DNA from: Octopus vulgaris
Taxonomy: Eukaryota
Assembly (NCBI GenBank): GCA_951406725.2
Contig: OX597817.1
Location: 147,684,001 to 147,748,000, forward strand
Reading direction: 5' to 3'
DNA: 64,000 nucleotides
Part shown: in pieces, positions 12,341 to 26,142 of the stretch
Position numbering within the stretch: the stretch's first letter is position 1
Layout of the letters: each line of letters begins with the position of its first letter
Made by a program: the position numbers and the translations under genes
Notes under the pieces: model-generated
Database searches by the model: none
The model's input: only the letters and a program-made list of their open reading frames with translations
Told to the model about the DNA's origin: nothing

Positions 12341-13201
12341 CGTCAACAACACGTCTATATCAAGTGGATAAAACATTTATAAAAATTATTAAAAACGAAA
12401 TATAAATGATATTTTCGACTCTTTGCTATTCAGTATTATTCCAGAAATTTTGAGAGAGTATTAGTTTTTGTGTGAAAGATATCAGATATGAATGTGTATA
12501 AAACAAAGAAAGAAAGAAGCAAACAAACACACAGACATTGAAAATATACAAAACAATATTACGAAGAAAGAAAATTACATAAATAAATGAAAAAAAATTG
12601 TTGTTTAAATTTGATTTGAATGGAGTAGGCGAAAAAATGAATAAATAAAATAAAGATATCAAAACTAAAGAGAGTATGTTTAAAAACAAGGCGAAAAATA
12701 ACTAAATAAAATAAATAATATATAATATTAGATAGCAAGCAATCAATTGAACAGTACAAATACTAAATCGAATCCGTTTTCTTATAGAACACTTGAGTTT
12801 TCTTCGTAACCTGGCAAACATTTCTCTTCCTATTTATTTAGTTCTGACAAAGCTGCCATTTTTCGTTGTAGCTTTCAGTAAGATATTGCTAACAAAGCCC
12901 TGAATACTAAGAATTATCGATTAATTTATCTGTGAAAAAAGTGGGCGATTTGGATTATGACAGCAGCTGCTGGTATTTCGTTGGGTAAGAAGAAGCATCG
13001 ATTTGTTATGTTTTAACGTAGATAAAATAGCTGTTGCTTTCAGTTGTGATGGATAGCATCGTCCGAGGTAAAGGAGACGAATGTCCGGTGAATGTGTTAG
13101 CAACATAACAATGCAACTAAGAATTGAGATATAAAAACACGAAGGTGGTTTAAAGGGGTGGATTAAATAATGTACATACAAACATATATACATACATATA
13201 A

Positions 13202-13254
<53 letters not shown>

Positions 13255-13435
13255 TATATGTATGTATGTATGTATGTATAAGCGATACGTATGTACATAT
13301 ATACATATATATGATTATAGATATATCGTTATATATAGACGTTGATACGGGGTTAATGCTTACAGTTATGTAAATACATAAGTAGATATAGTCGATATGT
13401 GATAGTCAGTATAATAAATTTTGTACACCTATCTG

Positions 13436-13504
<69 letters not shown>

Positions 13505-14116
13505 ATCTATATCTATATATATATATATATAAACGAATATATATATACGTATATTTATATATATATATATATATATATATGTACGTGTATATACATATAT
13601 TATATAAAAGCACATAACTACATATGTGTGGGTGGGTGTGTGCATGCACGTGTGTAGAAACAGGGAAATAGGTGGCTATGTAGTGAGACAGAAGCATATA
13701 TATAAAGATAGATATATAAATACATAAATTAAAGCATATCTAGATAAATGCAAACGTACGTACATACACGGGGTATCAATGCAGCTTACCAGCTTACAGA
13801 AAGGATAAAGCGGAGAAAGAATCTCACAGCAACAAAAGGGTATAATGATTTCAAGAGAAACAAATATACGACAATGCGGAAGAAGATAGAGAACAATAGC
13901 GAGGGACATGAAAAAAAACCAACGTTGACATTAAAGATGGAACATAGGGGAAACGCAGAATAAATATACTATGATCCAGGTGGCGCTTCATGTATGCGTA
14001 CTCTCGCCTCTCAGTCTGAGAATGTGTTTATTTGGACCATCATCATTCGCTGTCTTCATCTTATTTTCCTCTCTATTATCTCTCACTGTGTTTGTATGTA
14101 TGCATGCATGCATGGT

Positions 14117-14158
<42 letters not shown>

Positions 14159-14212
14159 CATATATATGGATAGATATACATATACACATATACATATATA
14201 TATATATGTATG

Positions 14213-14244
<32 letters not shown>

Positions 14245-14251
14245 AATATAC

Positions 14252-14287
<36 letters not shown>

Positions 14288-14317
14288 TTATATATATATA
14301 TACATATATATAAATAC

Positions 14318-14362
<45 letters not shown>

Positions 14363-14727
14363 CATACATACAAACATACATACATATGTATATATATATA
14401 TATATGTGTGTGTGTGTATGTATAGGTGTGCGTGCAGTTTCGTGTCTTATGTATAAAGCTATGTCAACAGAGGGCAGCTTGGCTTAAAGTATTCGATATG
14501 AAAGGATTAGGAAAGTGTAGGTGGCAAAGGAATTAACAGACATCCGGGAAGGAATCGAGCTAAATTCATAACGACAAACATATAATCACACACATGCACG
14601 CGCAAAGACACACTCATACACACATGCAAAAAAATACACACGCTGAAGCACACGACCACAAACGGGTACCTCAGGACGCATTAATGCATGCAAAAGTGTA
14701 CATACGTTTCCTCTGAACACATAAATA

Positions 14728-15296
14728 TTGGGTTGTCCAGAAAGTTCATGCCGATTTTTGAAGGAAAGAAAAACGTCAATAAATAATTGCCATTACATTT
14801 TTAATCAACCAAATATGAACCATTTTGTTGCACAATGCGTCTCCATCTTTCCTTTAACTTGGAAATACCCTCTTCCCAGAAATGAGGTGGTTTCATGGCA
14901 AAGAATTCATCACAGTATCTTTTTACGTCATCCAAGGAAGTGAAATTTTTACCATTAAGACTATTCTGCAGAGACCTGAATAAGTGGAAATCCGAAGGAG
15001 CAATATCTGGTGGATATGGAGTATGCGGTAACACATCCCAGTCGAGCTGCAGCAATTTTTTTTGTCTGGTTCCCGAAGCATCAAGTGCCGAAAATGAACT
15101 TTCTTATCTTCCATTTTAAAGGGTTACAGAATTAACACAGGTTATAGGAACATAAACCTTCTTCCACGAAAAGATAGCTTAAACTGTGCTTTAAGTGGAG
15201 GTGTAGTCAAATCCTATTTTATGGACTCAACCATGTTCTAAAATAATTCGAAATGTAAGCTTCTATAAATTGGCACGAACTTTCCGGACAACCAAA
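14728..15296 (-). mobile_element. Internally deleted mariner (MITE-like), copy 1
   Basis: TIRs TTGGGTTGTCCAGAAAGTTCATGCCGATTT / AAATTGGCACGAACTTTCCGGACAACCAAA with TA TSD. N-terminus MEDKKVHFRHLML is joined to C-terminus LLQLDWDVLPHTPYPPDIAPSDFHLFRSLQN. Confidence 0.92.
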
Positions 15297-15894
15297 TATA
15301 TGTAATATTTAGAGGAAGGCTGAACAGAAAAAAACGCAGATTGCATCATCTATGTCTAGTTACAGCAAAGGGAGAAACTCCTGGAATGAAAAAAAATGGC
15401 ATTGCAATGATTAGAGGCAAGAATTAATTTAATAAACATTTCTTATTTACAATTTGATAGTGGTGCAACCGAGATCGACACCAGCTTTTGAGATTTCAAT
15501 TTCACCAAGTTGGCGAAATTCCAATCCCGTTTCGTTTTTCGCTACCTCAACAGCTCTTTTTTATAGGCTCCGGTGGCTAGGGATATCATCTGGAGGAACC
15601 ACGTCCGGTTTCGGTCCCTACTCATTTATTGTTTTCGACGTGGCGGACCCCTCCGTTTTCCGAGGTGCCTTTAGCTCTGCCGTTGAGTGCATAGTTTTTT
15701 TCCTTATCATTCAGCCTTTTTTTCTTTGGTTTCTTCGGTGCAGTGTCAACGAATGTCAGCGGGTGAATGACCATCCTGCCAAATTTACTTTTAATTACTC
15801 GCCGGAGAGTATTTCAAGATTCTTTTGGGAATCTCCAAATCTCAAATTTTCTCTCATTTGATTATGGTCTGACAATTTGAAGACAGTTAATGAA

Positions 15895-16220
15895 AAAGTG
15901 TCTGGTTTAATGGTTAGCGTATTTGCCTTACAATCACAAGGTTGTGAGTTCGATTGTCAGTGCCACATTGGGTCCTTGAGGAAGACACTTAATTTCTAGT
16001 TACTCCAGTCCACTCAGCCGGCTAAATTTAGTTGTACCTGTAATTCAAAGGGTTAGTGCTGTCACAATCTGTGTAACGCTGAATTTCACTAGGGAACTAC
16101 GTTATGGGTACCTGTGTCTGTGCAGGACTGAACCATTTGCATGTTAATTTCACGAGTAGACTATTCCGTTTATTGGACCAGTTCGAATACTTATCGTTGC
16201 AACAGATGGAGAGCCAGGCC
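15895..16220 (+). mobile_element. Diverged tRNA-headed SINE sharing its tail with the family C element at 43575
   Basis: A/B boxes TGGTTTAATGG and GAGTTCGATT, CORE-like GTCCTTGAGGAAGACACTT, then GTTGTACCTGTAATTCAAAGGG...GAACTACGTTA.GGGTAC...GTTAATTTCACGA as in 43755-43880. Confidence 0.7.
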
Positions 16221-16742
16221 AATAGGAAATTACGTCTTTAGTGAATCAATGTGTTTCGAATGACATTAAATCTTTGTTGGCATAGTTCCCACGAAGAACA
16301 CATTAAACTATATAACAGAGCAAATTAAACATTGGGGTGAAAAATCGATGCCTACAAAAAAGTAACCATTGTTATTTCATCTTAACCGCTTACACCTCTT
16401 ACCACATACTTCAGACTTGCTTTTCTTTTTAACCTTTACTTCCAACGCTGAACTTATTTTGTAACCTGCACAGGCTCTTCACCGGGCTGTCCAGAACGGG
16501 AGAGCATCTCTGTGTTATAAAGATATGGAGAGGCAAGAAACAGATGAAAATCTGAGGTTTCGGGTGATATCCTTCATCAAAGCGGAGAAAACAAATGAAG
16601 GCCTGTAATATAAAGGGGGGGGGAGATTAAGATAGATTCAAGATCTCAGCTTACACGGTAATGCTGAGGTAGAATTATATTCAGGCATAGATACATTCAT
16701 ATGTTTAAATGTACAATAAACAGGTACATATACGTACATATA

Positions 16743-18576
16743 TCAGGTTGAGTAAAAAGTGCTGTCGTATTTCAAGCTTTAATTAATCAAATTACATACT
16801 ATAAGCGTTTATTCATCAAAATATTGGGTTGTCCGGAAAGTTCGTGCCGATTTATAAAATATTACCTTTCGACTTATTTTAGAACATGGTTGAGTCCATA
16901 AAATAAAATTTGACTATACCTCCATTTAAAGCACAGTTTAAGCTATCTTTTCGTGGAAGAAGGTTTATGTTCGTATAACCTGTGTTAATTCTGTAACCCT
17001 TTAAAATGGAAGATAAGAAAATTCATTTTTAGCACTTGATGCTTTGGAAACCAAACAAAAATTGCTGCAGCTTGGCTGGGATGTGTTACCCCATCCTCCA
17101 TATCCACCAGATATTGCTCCTTCGGATTTTCACTTATTCAGGTCTCTGCAGAATAGTCTTAATTGTAAAAATTTCCATTCCTTGGATGACGTAAAGATAC
17201 CTTGATGAATTCTTTGCCATGAAACCACCTCATTTCTGGGAAGAGGGTATTTCCAAGTTAAAGGAAAGATGGAGACACATTGTGCAACAAAATGTTTCTT
17301 ATTTGATTGATTAAAAATGTACTGGCAAGTATTTATTGACGTTTTTCTTTCCTTTAAAAATTGGCACGAACTTTCCTGACAACCCAATATATTCCATATA
17401 TTTTATTGTATGCTGTCCTCCTTTTGTCTGAATTGCAATTTCAGGCTTATCTTGGTTTAGAGGTGACAATCTCTCTGCACCCGTTTCCAACCTCATCCAC
17501 ATTGTTGAACCTCCTTTTTAGGCAGGAATTGAGCCATGGGTCGGAAAGTATGGGAATCTGCTGGTGTAAGGTCTGGAGTATAGACATGGTAAAGCAAAAC
17601 TTCCAGCCACTCAAGTTCCTTACGTTTTCGCTTGGTCACATTCATAGTGTGCTGAGGCATTGTCATGCTGTATGAGATCGCGTCTTCGATTGACTAATGG
17701 TGGATAGCGGGCTTTCAAAGCATCGTCTACGCGCTGCAGTTGCTGAGCATAAAGGCTAGGGTTCATAGCATGACTATCTGAATCAAACTCAAAGTGCAAC
17801 ACTTTCTCGAAATGCAAGCAAACACACAGAATGACCTTCTGTTTAAACTGCCCTTGTTTGACAACAGGTTCTGAAGCCTGTCCGGAATGAAGCAACTGAC
17901 TTCTTTTATTAAGATTACGAAAGTGGATCCATTTTCCATTCCTAGTTACAATTCGACGCCAAACACGGGTATCTCGAGAATTTGCCAGGGGTTGTTTAGA
18001 ACTAGTCACACGTCGTTGAACCTGGTCATTGCTCAGTTAACGCGGCATTTCTGGACAACGGCTATTTACAAAGCCGGGTTTATGGAGGTGTCGACTTTAC
18101 GGTTGGTCCTTTGCGAAAGACCATTTTCTGCAGACAATGTACGGGTTCTTGTGTTTGACTATTTTTCAGCTATCTCAAGCTAAGTCCCATGTTTCACAAG
18201 AGAAGGTCACCCTGTCCTTGGTTTGTGGTCTTCGAGGCTAGCGTCAGGTTCCATGAAACGTCCGAACCAGTTTTGTGCCACACGTTTGTTGACAATTGCT
18301 GAGTCGTGTGCATCATTAATTTCCTTTGTCACTGCTCTACAAATTCTTTTTCGACAGGTATCACGATGTGGCTGAAATTGCAATTTATTCATCACTGACT
18401 ATTAAAGTTGTAAGATGAAGAATGAGCAGATAATGTTTATATGAATGAAAATAAAGAATAACCAATTCTGCAACGATTGGACGACAAGTTGTAACAAGTT
18501 GCTGTCATAACATGGAGATACAAGCTGGCCCAAAATCATCAGTGAATATCCGAAAAAACATTTTGACTCAACGTGG
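16743..18576 (-). mobile_element. Second, different decayed mariner element hosting a nested MITE
   Basis: Fragments AVTKEINDAH..VAQNWFGRF..SLED..PRTG, RIVTRNGKWIHFRN, KVILCV and LIQHDNASAH. Imperfect TIRs TCAGGTTGAGTAAAAAG / CATTTTGACTCAACGTGG with TA. Confidence 0.85.
16824..17387 (+). mobile_element. Internally deleted mariner (MITE-like), copy 2, inverted relative to copy 1
   Basis: Same TIRs and same deletion junction as 14728-15296. TA TSD at 16822-16823 and 17388-17389. Confidence 0.92.
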
Positions 18577-18579
18577 TAT

Positions 18580-18587
18580 ACATATAC

Positions 18588-18654
<67 letters not shown>

Positions 18655-18879
18655 CATACATACACACATACATACATACATATACATACATATACATACA
18701 TATACATGTATATACACATGTTTGTGCAAACATACACGCACGGATATTCATATGTACATGCACAAACCTATACATACATTTTATGTATATTTCATGTTTG
18801 TATACACATAGATGCACACATACGCATATACACACATACACACACACATATAAACACAAAACGACATGCATATGTGTTT

Positions 18880-18919
<40 letters not shown>

Positions 18920-18928
18920 GTGTGTGAG

Positions 18929-18980
<52 letters not shown>

Positions 18981-18990
18981 TGTGTGTGTG
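18580..18990. repeat. (TA)n/(TACA)n/(TG)n microsatellite block
   Basis: Visible arrays. Confidence 0.9.
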
Positions 18991-19524
18991 CGTACATGTG
19001 CATTGCAGTAAATACTCTCAGGAAAACATGCATCTTATTATTGTTTAGCTATCGTCATAAATTTACCGAAGTGAGCTCTGTTTTTGATATTTATATCAAT
19101 TTAATGTTTTAGCTATTATCTGTCACCTTTCCAAGTTTTGATCGGCCTGGGCGAAGCACGTGCAGAGAACATTAAAACTATGGAAGGCAGGAAGAAGCTG
19201 CCGACTAAAGGATAAGTAAATCAAACCCAAGCCAACGTACGATGAAGGCAATTTTCTATATTTATACAGCGATGCTATTAGCTTCGTCGGAGTGACGTTA
19301 AGTATTTCACTCATGACAAATGTCTTTTCCTCTTCTCAAATCATATGACATGCGTAGTCTCTGTATAACTTACATATACAGCGGAAACCATGGTTTTTAG
19401 AGTTTCTTTCAGCAGGTGCCTTAAAGCAATAACAATCTGTAAATTGCTTTATCGATTGTAATTACCGTAGATTTGAAGATAGGTTTGTTCTTCAATAAAT
19501 TATCAAATTCTTTTATAAGTGGTA

Positions 19525-19720
19525 CATAGAGAGGACAAACAAGGATAGACAAACGGAGTAAGTCGATTATATCGACACCAGTGCGTAACTGGTACTTATT
19601 TAATGGACCCCGAAAGGATGAAAGGCAAAGTCGACCTCGGCGGAATCTGAACTCAGAACGCAGCGGCGGACGACGTACCGCAAAGCATTTCGCCCGGCGT
19701 GCTAAAGTTTCTGCCAGCGA
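19525..19720 (-). mobile_element. SINE family B
   Basis: CCCGAAAGGATGAAAGGCAAAGTCGACCTCGGCGGAA...CGCCCGGCGTGCTAA..TTTCTGCCAGC. Confidence 0.88.
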
Positions 19721-20097
19721 AATTTACTGAGAAGGCCCAGGACTTATGCAGAAGACACTTGTCCAAAGCACTGTGCAGTGAAACTGAACCTGAAACCACG
19801 TGGGCTTCTGAATCGGTTTCTTATGTCGAACCGCTATATGTGTGAATATAAACAAGCCAACATTAACTCGGAGCCGCCACACGAACAGATGAACAAATAG
19901 TAATAGCACGCACATCTTTCCCAAACAATGAACTACTACGGTTTTTCAAACAAAGTATCGATTAGGCAGGAATGTCTTTCATCTCATGTGTGTTCGACCG
20001 GCACTGACTTGGGGTTAAATAAGAATTATAACTTTACCGATATTACTTTTTAATTAATTACATTAAACAATGAAGTTATACTTCTGAGGAAAGTCTA

Positions 20098-20901
20098 TAC
20101 CTACCTACCTACCTACCTACCTACCTACCTACCTACCTACCTTCCTACCTACCTACCTACCTACCTACCTACCTACCTACCTACCAACCTACCCACCTAT
20201 CTACCTACCTACCAACTAACCTCTCTAACTAACTATCTACTTACCTACCTGCCTGTCTGCCTACCTACCTGCCTGCCTACCTGCCTGGCTACCTACCTAC
20301 CTACCTACCTACATATATACATACATACGCACATACATACGTTTATACACTAATGTCGAATAATGAGAATGGATGTTCAACATAACATTCGTGGATAAAT
20401 GTCCTTTATTTGGTTTAATGGTTTCATGTGACGAGATCTTCACAATTGTTCAAGCGTGCCACATGAAAATGTCGATACTCCTCTCCACTTTCGATAAGAA
20501 TCGTATCCAAAATGGAGGCAACTACAAACTACCTACCTACCTACCTACCAACCTACCCACCTATCTACCTACCTACCAACTAACCTCTCTAACTAACTAT
20601 CTACTTACCTACCTGCCTGTCTGCCTACCTACCTGCCTGCCTACCTGCCTGGCTACCTACCTACCTACCTACCTACCTACATATATACATACATACGCAC
20701 ATACATACATACGTTTATACACTAATGTCGAATAATGAGAATGGATGTTCAACATAACATTCGTGGATAAATGTCCTTTATTTGGTTTAATGGTTTCATG
20801 TGACGAGATCTTCACAATTGTTCAAGCGTGCCACATGAAAATGTCGATACTCCTCTCCACTTTCGATAAGAATCGTATCCAAAATGGAGGCAACTACAAA
20901 C
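20098..20901. repeat. (CCTA)n microsatellite plus a ~372-bp near-perfect tandem duplication
   Basis: About 20160-20529 is repeated at about 20530-20901; ORFs at 20373 and 20745 begin identically, offset 372. Confidence 0.9.
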
Positions 20902-21054
20902 ACTTCCATGTGCCACACTTGAACAATTGTGAAGATATCTTCACATGAAACCATCGGTTGCTTTGATAACCACAACTAAAGTACATACATGCATGCATAT
21001 ATATGTATGTGCATGTGTGTCTGTATGTATATATATATATGTCTATACACACAT

Positions 21055-21098
<44 letters not shown>

Positions 21099-22253
21099 TC
21101 ATAAACAAATTTATGCATGTGTATTTTGAATGGAAATCAATACTAGAAGAAAGACAGATGTAGCTGACACGAGTTTTAGAATCTTTAGCCTAAATTTCAT
21201 CTGAGAACAAGCGAATCTGAAGCCAGACTCTGTACCTTTGTTTCATCTTACCTTACATTAACTATAAGCGCTTTCTTTACGACTTCGTTACAATTAGAAA
21301 AGACACGACTGTAGTGTAAATGTTTTCTTAATAATCTTTAAAAATACACACGGTCTATTTCGAAACGATAATGAACTAACTCGTATATATCAATCTTTAA
21401 CAGATTTTATCTTAGAAACATTTAGTGAAATTATTTCTACATCAGATTTAAAACTAATTGTATTCTCTTATCTTTCCCATTTCTTGACTCAGATCTGTGG
21501 CTTATAGCGGAATGTCTTACCGGTTTTATAAACCACTTCACAGACAGGTGTGCATTATAATGGCTCGAATGAAGATGTTAAGAAGTTCACCTCGACATTT
21601 TGTGGGCCGACACATTGATGCAGCTCAACTGGACAAGTGTTTTCTGCCGCATCTTCAGGAAAATCAAGACCTTGTCAAACTTGCTGTATTGAATTGTGTT
21701 GTTTTGTCTCTTGACGAAAACGCATACGCTGTTAGGAATACATACCACAGGAAGAGAAAATAGAATGGCCTAGACGAAAGTATGAGACACGAAAGATAGA
21801 AAGTCGTTGAGGAGGTCACAGAATGTTAGAAAACTTCAGACTAGACGATACTTTTTGCTAATAGCTAACGCTCATATGGTTTGGAATATCATTATATATC
21901 AGATATGAAACATATATTTCACCTCATTAGGGCTTAAAAGCCGGTACCGTTTGTTTTCACTGTCCTGTGTTTGTTACCAACTTTGAACCTCCTCAAATCC
22001 CAAATTTCATTTAATTTGTCTTGCGGGAGCAAGTGTTTTGACGAAGACGCATCTTATCCTAGCGATCGAAGTGCGGAGTAGATAAAACAGTGGACAACTG
22101 ATGAACGGATTGTTCTTTATATTGCCTGCCTTGTTTTTCTATTTGTTTCTTTCGCTGTTCGCAAAAAAAATAAAAGTTGGTTTTCCATGTTGTAACTCAT
22201 GTTCCCGTTTTGCATGTTGTTTACATTTTTTGACGTCCTGTAACCATATATGC

Positions 22254-22320
<67 letters not shown>

Positions 22321-23213
22321 TATATATATATATATACACCTATATATATAAAGATATATATATAGATATATACATATATACAGATATATACATATATATA
22401 TACATGCATATATATACATATATATGTATATATATATATGTACATATCTATACACACACATATATGGACATATATATAGAGAGAGAAGCATACACACATA
22501 TATACATTTATATATGTATATGTACATATATACGAATATGCATAATTATACATATACATACCTATGCATCAACAGACATAACCGCATGCAAGCATACACA
22601 CACAAATAGAAACACAAATGCACACACATACACATACACATACACACACACATATATCATGCCCGCAAATAATATCATGAAAAGAGGCACTTGACCATGG
22701 AATTCTATTCTGCTACGGGATAATTACCTATGTTTCCTTTACCAGCAAACCACTTTAAGCAGTTTTTGCATGTCGACTCCCTGATCATTCTACGTGCAAG
22801 AAATTCTTTAGGGCAATAAGTGTGCATAAAAGATAATATCTCAAAGCAGTTTTTGTTGAGATTGTTCGACAAGAAATTCTCATAACAATCTCTACTCGTA
22901 TCTGTTATTGGACCAAATTCTTGCCGCATTTGATGTACATACATTTGAAAGAATTGCAAAATCTGTGCGAAAAACAATCATGTGCTTGCATGATCATATA
23001 TTTGAATGGATGCACGCCAAAATTATGACAACCTCGGTCCGGTTTTAGGTGCTACCTATCAAATTTGGTGTACTTCAGTTTCACAATCTTTGCCATTTAA
23101 TATCTTTATTCTCTTTACCTCTTTCTGCCACACTCAGTTAGCTGGGGTGCTCTTCAGGATCCCATTATGTGCCGCATTCTATTACTTCTTATAGTTTATT
23201 ACTTCTGTATATC

Positions 23214-23614
23214 TATTTCTTTACTACCCACAAGGGGCTAAACAGAGAGAGGACAAACTAATTAAGTCGATTACATCGACCCCAGTGCGTAACTGGTACT
23301 TAATTTATCGACCCCGAAAGGATGAAAGGCAAAGTCGACCTCGGCTGAATTTGAACTCAGAACATATCGGCAGACGAAATACCTATTTCTTTACTACCCA
23401 CAAAGGGCTAAACACAGAGACGACAAACAAGGACAGACACACGCATTAAGCCGATTACATCGACCCCAGTGCGTAACTGGTACTTATTTAATTGACCCCG
23501 AAAGGATGAAAGGCAAAGTTGACCTAGGCGGAATTTGAACACAGAACGTAGCGGCAGACGAAATACCGCAAAGCATTTCGCCCGGCGTGCTAACGTTTCT
23601 GCCAGCTCGCCGCC
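23214..23614 (-). mobile_element. Dimeric SINE family B with TSD
   Basis: Two tandem bodies and one head. TTACTTCT(G/A)TATATC on both sides (about 23199 and 23619). Confidence 0.9.
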
Positions 23615-24080
23615 TGTCTTACTTCTATATATCAACAACCTGCTTGTCCCCTCATGCAACAATATATAATTTTATGCAAATGCCACAAACCTTCATTCCT
23701 CCCCATTGCCTGTCATCTTGGTTACATGATCTACATGGAACCCGGGTATTAATCCCATAAACGGAGTACTTGATATCGCCATGTAACAGGATCATATAGC
23801 ATTAATGATTACTAGATTTAAAAGCTATATTCTAACACAATCACTTAACAAAAGATTTACGTGTGGTAAGTCAAAACATGTTCTATTACCTCCAGCATAT
23901 TGTTGGTATGTTTATGTCAACAACTCCATTTGTTTACTTAAACATGTGTCGAACAGAATAGCCTGATGAACGAAACATTTCTGTGAAGCATTTCTGCCAG
24001 TGGAATGGTATTAAGTCATCAACCACGACTCAGCTTAGTCAATGCAAATCTTGATTTGTAATATTTACTGTACAACTTTA

Positions 24081-24433
24081 AGGCGGCGAGCTGGCAGAAA
24101 CATTAGCACGCCGGGCGAAATGATTTGCGCTACGTTCTGAGTTCAAATTCCCCTGAGGTCAACTTTGCCTTTCATCCTTTCGGGGTCGATTAAATAAGTA
24201 CCAGTTACGCATTGGGGTCGATATAATCAATTTAATCCGTTTGTCTGTCCTTGTTTGTCCCCGCTGTGTTTAGCCCCTTGTGGGTAATAAAGAAATAGTT
24301 GTTTTGTCTGTCTTTATGTTCCGAGTACAAATTTCACCGAAGTTGACTTTGCCTTTCATCATTTCGGAGTTGATAAATTAAGTACCAGTTGCGTACTAGT
24401 GTTGATCTAATCGACTGGCCTAGAGTACAAAAG
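24081..24433 (+). mobile_element. Dimeric SINE family B with TSD
   Basis: AATATTTACTGTACAAC at about 24060-24076 and 24434-24450. Confidence 0.9.
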
Positions 24434-24949
24434 AATATTTACTGTACAACCACAGGTCAACCTCGATTTATAAATATATGATCAAAAGCATTACCACCGT
24501 GATCTCCGCATCTTTGTAGGGTTATCCAAATCCCCATCACATAACGTGTCTTTATCTGTTCTTCCGTATTTAGATGACATCATATGATTTATTAGAAATT
24601 TAGCCGCTATTTTTACCAGATCGATCTACCTTCGTTGATGTTGTTTTCTTTTGGTAATACAGTGATTACTTAGAGATATAATGTAACCTCAACATCTGCT
24701 GGATTTGAACACATGCCGAGCAAAACGACACTAAACACAAGATTAGTTGCCCAAACGAGCTCAGATATGTTATATGCGTTAATGGGAGGATGTGAAATGT
24801 TGCGACACAAGCTTTTCCGCGCCAGCAAACGTGAGAGGAAACTGCTTTAAGCGATCGTTAAAATAAGCATTGTAATTTCTTGCCGGGGGCGGGATTAATA
24901 TTTGCTGTACTGTTAATCGTCGCTAAATCAATCAGCTCATACGCAGCGT

Positions 24950-25155
24950 AAGACGGCGAGCTGGCAAGATCTTTAGTGCACCGAGCAAAAAGCACTTTTT
25001 TTCGTGTGTGTGTGTGTGTCTTTATGTTCTGAGATCAAATCCCGTCGCAGAAAACTTTGTCTTTCATCCCTTCAGTGTGGATAAAACAAGTACAAGTCAA
25101 GTACAAAAATCGATGTAAATAATTTGCTCTTTACCTCAAAGTTGCTGTCCTTGCA
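24950..25155 (+). mobile_element. Diverged SINE family B
   Basis: GACGGCGAGCTGGCAAGA...TTCTGAGATCAAAT...CTTTCATCCC. Confidence 0.65.
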
Positions 25156-25375
25156 GTTTGCTGCGGACCCACGTCGCATTCAGGGGTAATATCGTACTCT
25201 GGATCACTTACATGACATGTAAACCGACTCCTATGGATCAAGAAAACAAAATACAAAACGAACAAAAAAAATATTCAACATGGAGTCACGATACAATTGT
25301 TTCATTTGCTAGAAGTAGATACTTCTTTTCTTTTGAATCAGAATCTAGCCTTTACTCTAAAACAAAGGAACATTC

Positions 25376-25776
25376 TTTTCCTTTCTACTCTAGTCTCAAG
25401 GCCCAAAAATTTTGGGGGAAGTGGCTAGTCGATTAGATCAACCCCAGTATGCAACTGGTACTTAATTTATCGACCCGAAAGGATTGAAGGCAAAGTCGAC
25501 CTCGGAGGAACTTGAACTCAGAACATAAAGACAGACGAAATACCTGTTTCTTTACTACACACAAGGGGCTAAACACAGAGGAGACAAACAAGAACAGACA
25601 GACGGATTAAGTCGTTTATATCGACCCCAGTGCGTAACTGGTACTTAATTTATCGACCCCGAAAGGATGAAAGGCAAAGTCGACCTCGGCGGAATTTGAA
25701 CTTAAAACGTAGCGGCAGACGGAATACCGCTATGCATTTCGCCCGGCGTGTTAACGTTTCTGCCAGCTCGCCGCCT
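25376..25776 (-). mobile_element. Dimeric SINE family B with TSD
   Basis: Reverse head ends GCCAGCTCGCCGCC; flanks are AA(A/T)ACAAAGGAA(C/T)ATT. Confidence 0.88.
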
Positions 25777-25927
25777 TAATACAAAGGAATATTGGATGAT
25801 GTACTCCGCTGTGTAGAGAGGCGAAGAAGGAAAAGGGTGAGATGGTCATTGCTGGAATGATTTGAACGATAGCTCTGTAGGTTCAGTAGTGTCCAACGAG
25901 TAAACAGCAGCAATATAAATAATCACA

Positions 25928-26142
25928 AGGTGGTGAGCTGGCAGAAACGTTAGCACGCAGGGCGAAATCCTTAGTGTTATTTCGTCTGTATTAACGTTCT
26001 GAGTTCAAATTCCGCCGTGGTCGATTTTGCCTTTCATCCTTTCGGGGTCGATAAATTAAGTACTAGTTGCATACTTGGGTCGATCAAATTGACTGGCCCC
26101 CTCCCCGAAAATTCCAGGCCTTGTGCCTAGTGTAGGAAAGAA
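25928..26142 (+). mobile_element. SINE family B
   Basis: GGTGGTGAGCTGGCAGAAACGTTAGCACG...GCCTTTCATCCTTTCGGGGTCGATAAATTAAGTAC. Confidence 0.88.

Noticed and set aside
21540-21895. Possible RTE-type LINE remnant (KMLR.., ..WFG)
   Set aside because: Too degraded to support by eye.
22705-22977. 90-aa minus-strand ORF with several Cys residues
   Set aside because: No motif I can assign; it may be a decayed transposon, but a BLASTX search would be needed.
23955-23992. CTGATGA-AC-GAAA-CA(tttc)TG-TG hammerhead-like string
   Set aside because: No stem II, G at the cleavage position and no stem I pairing.
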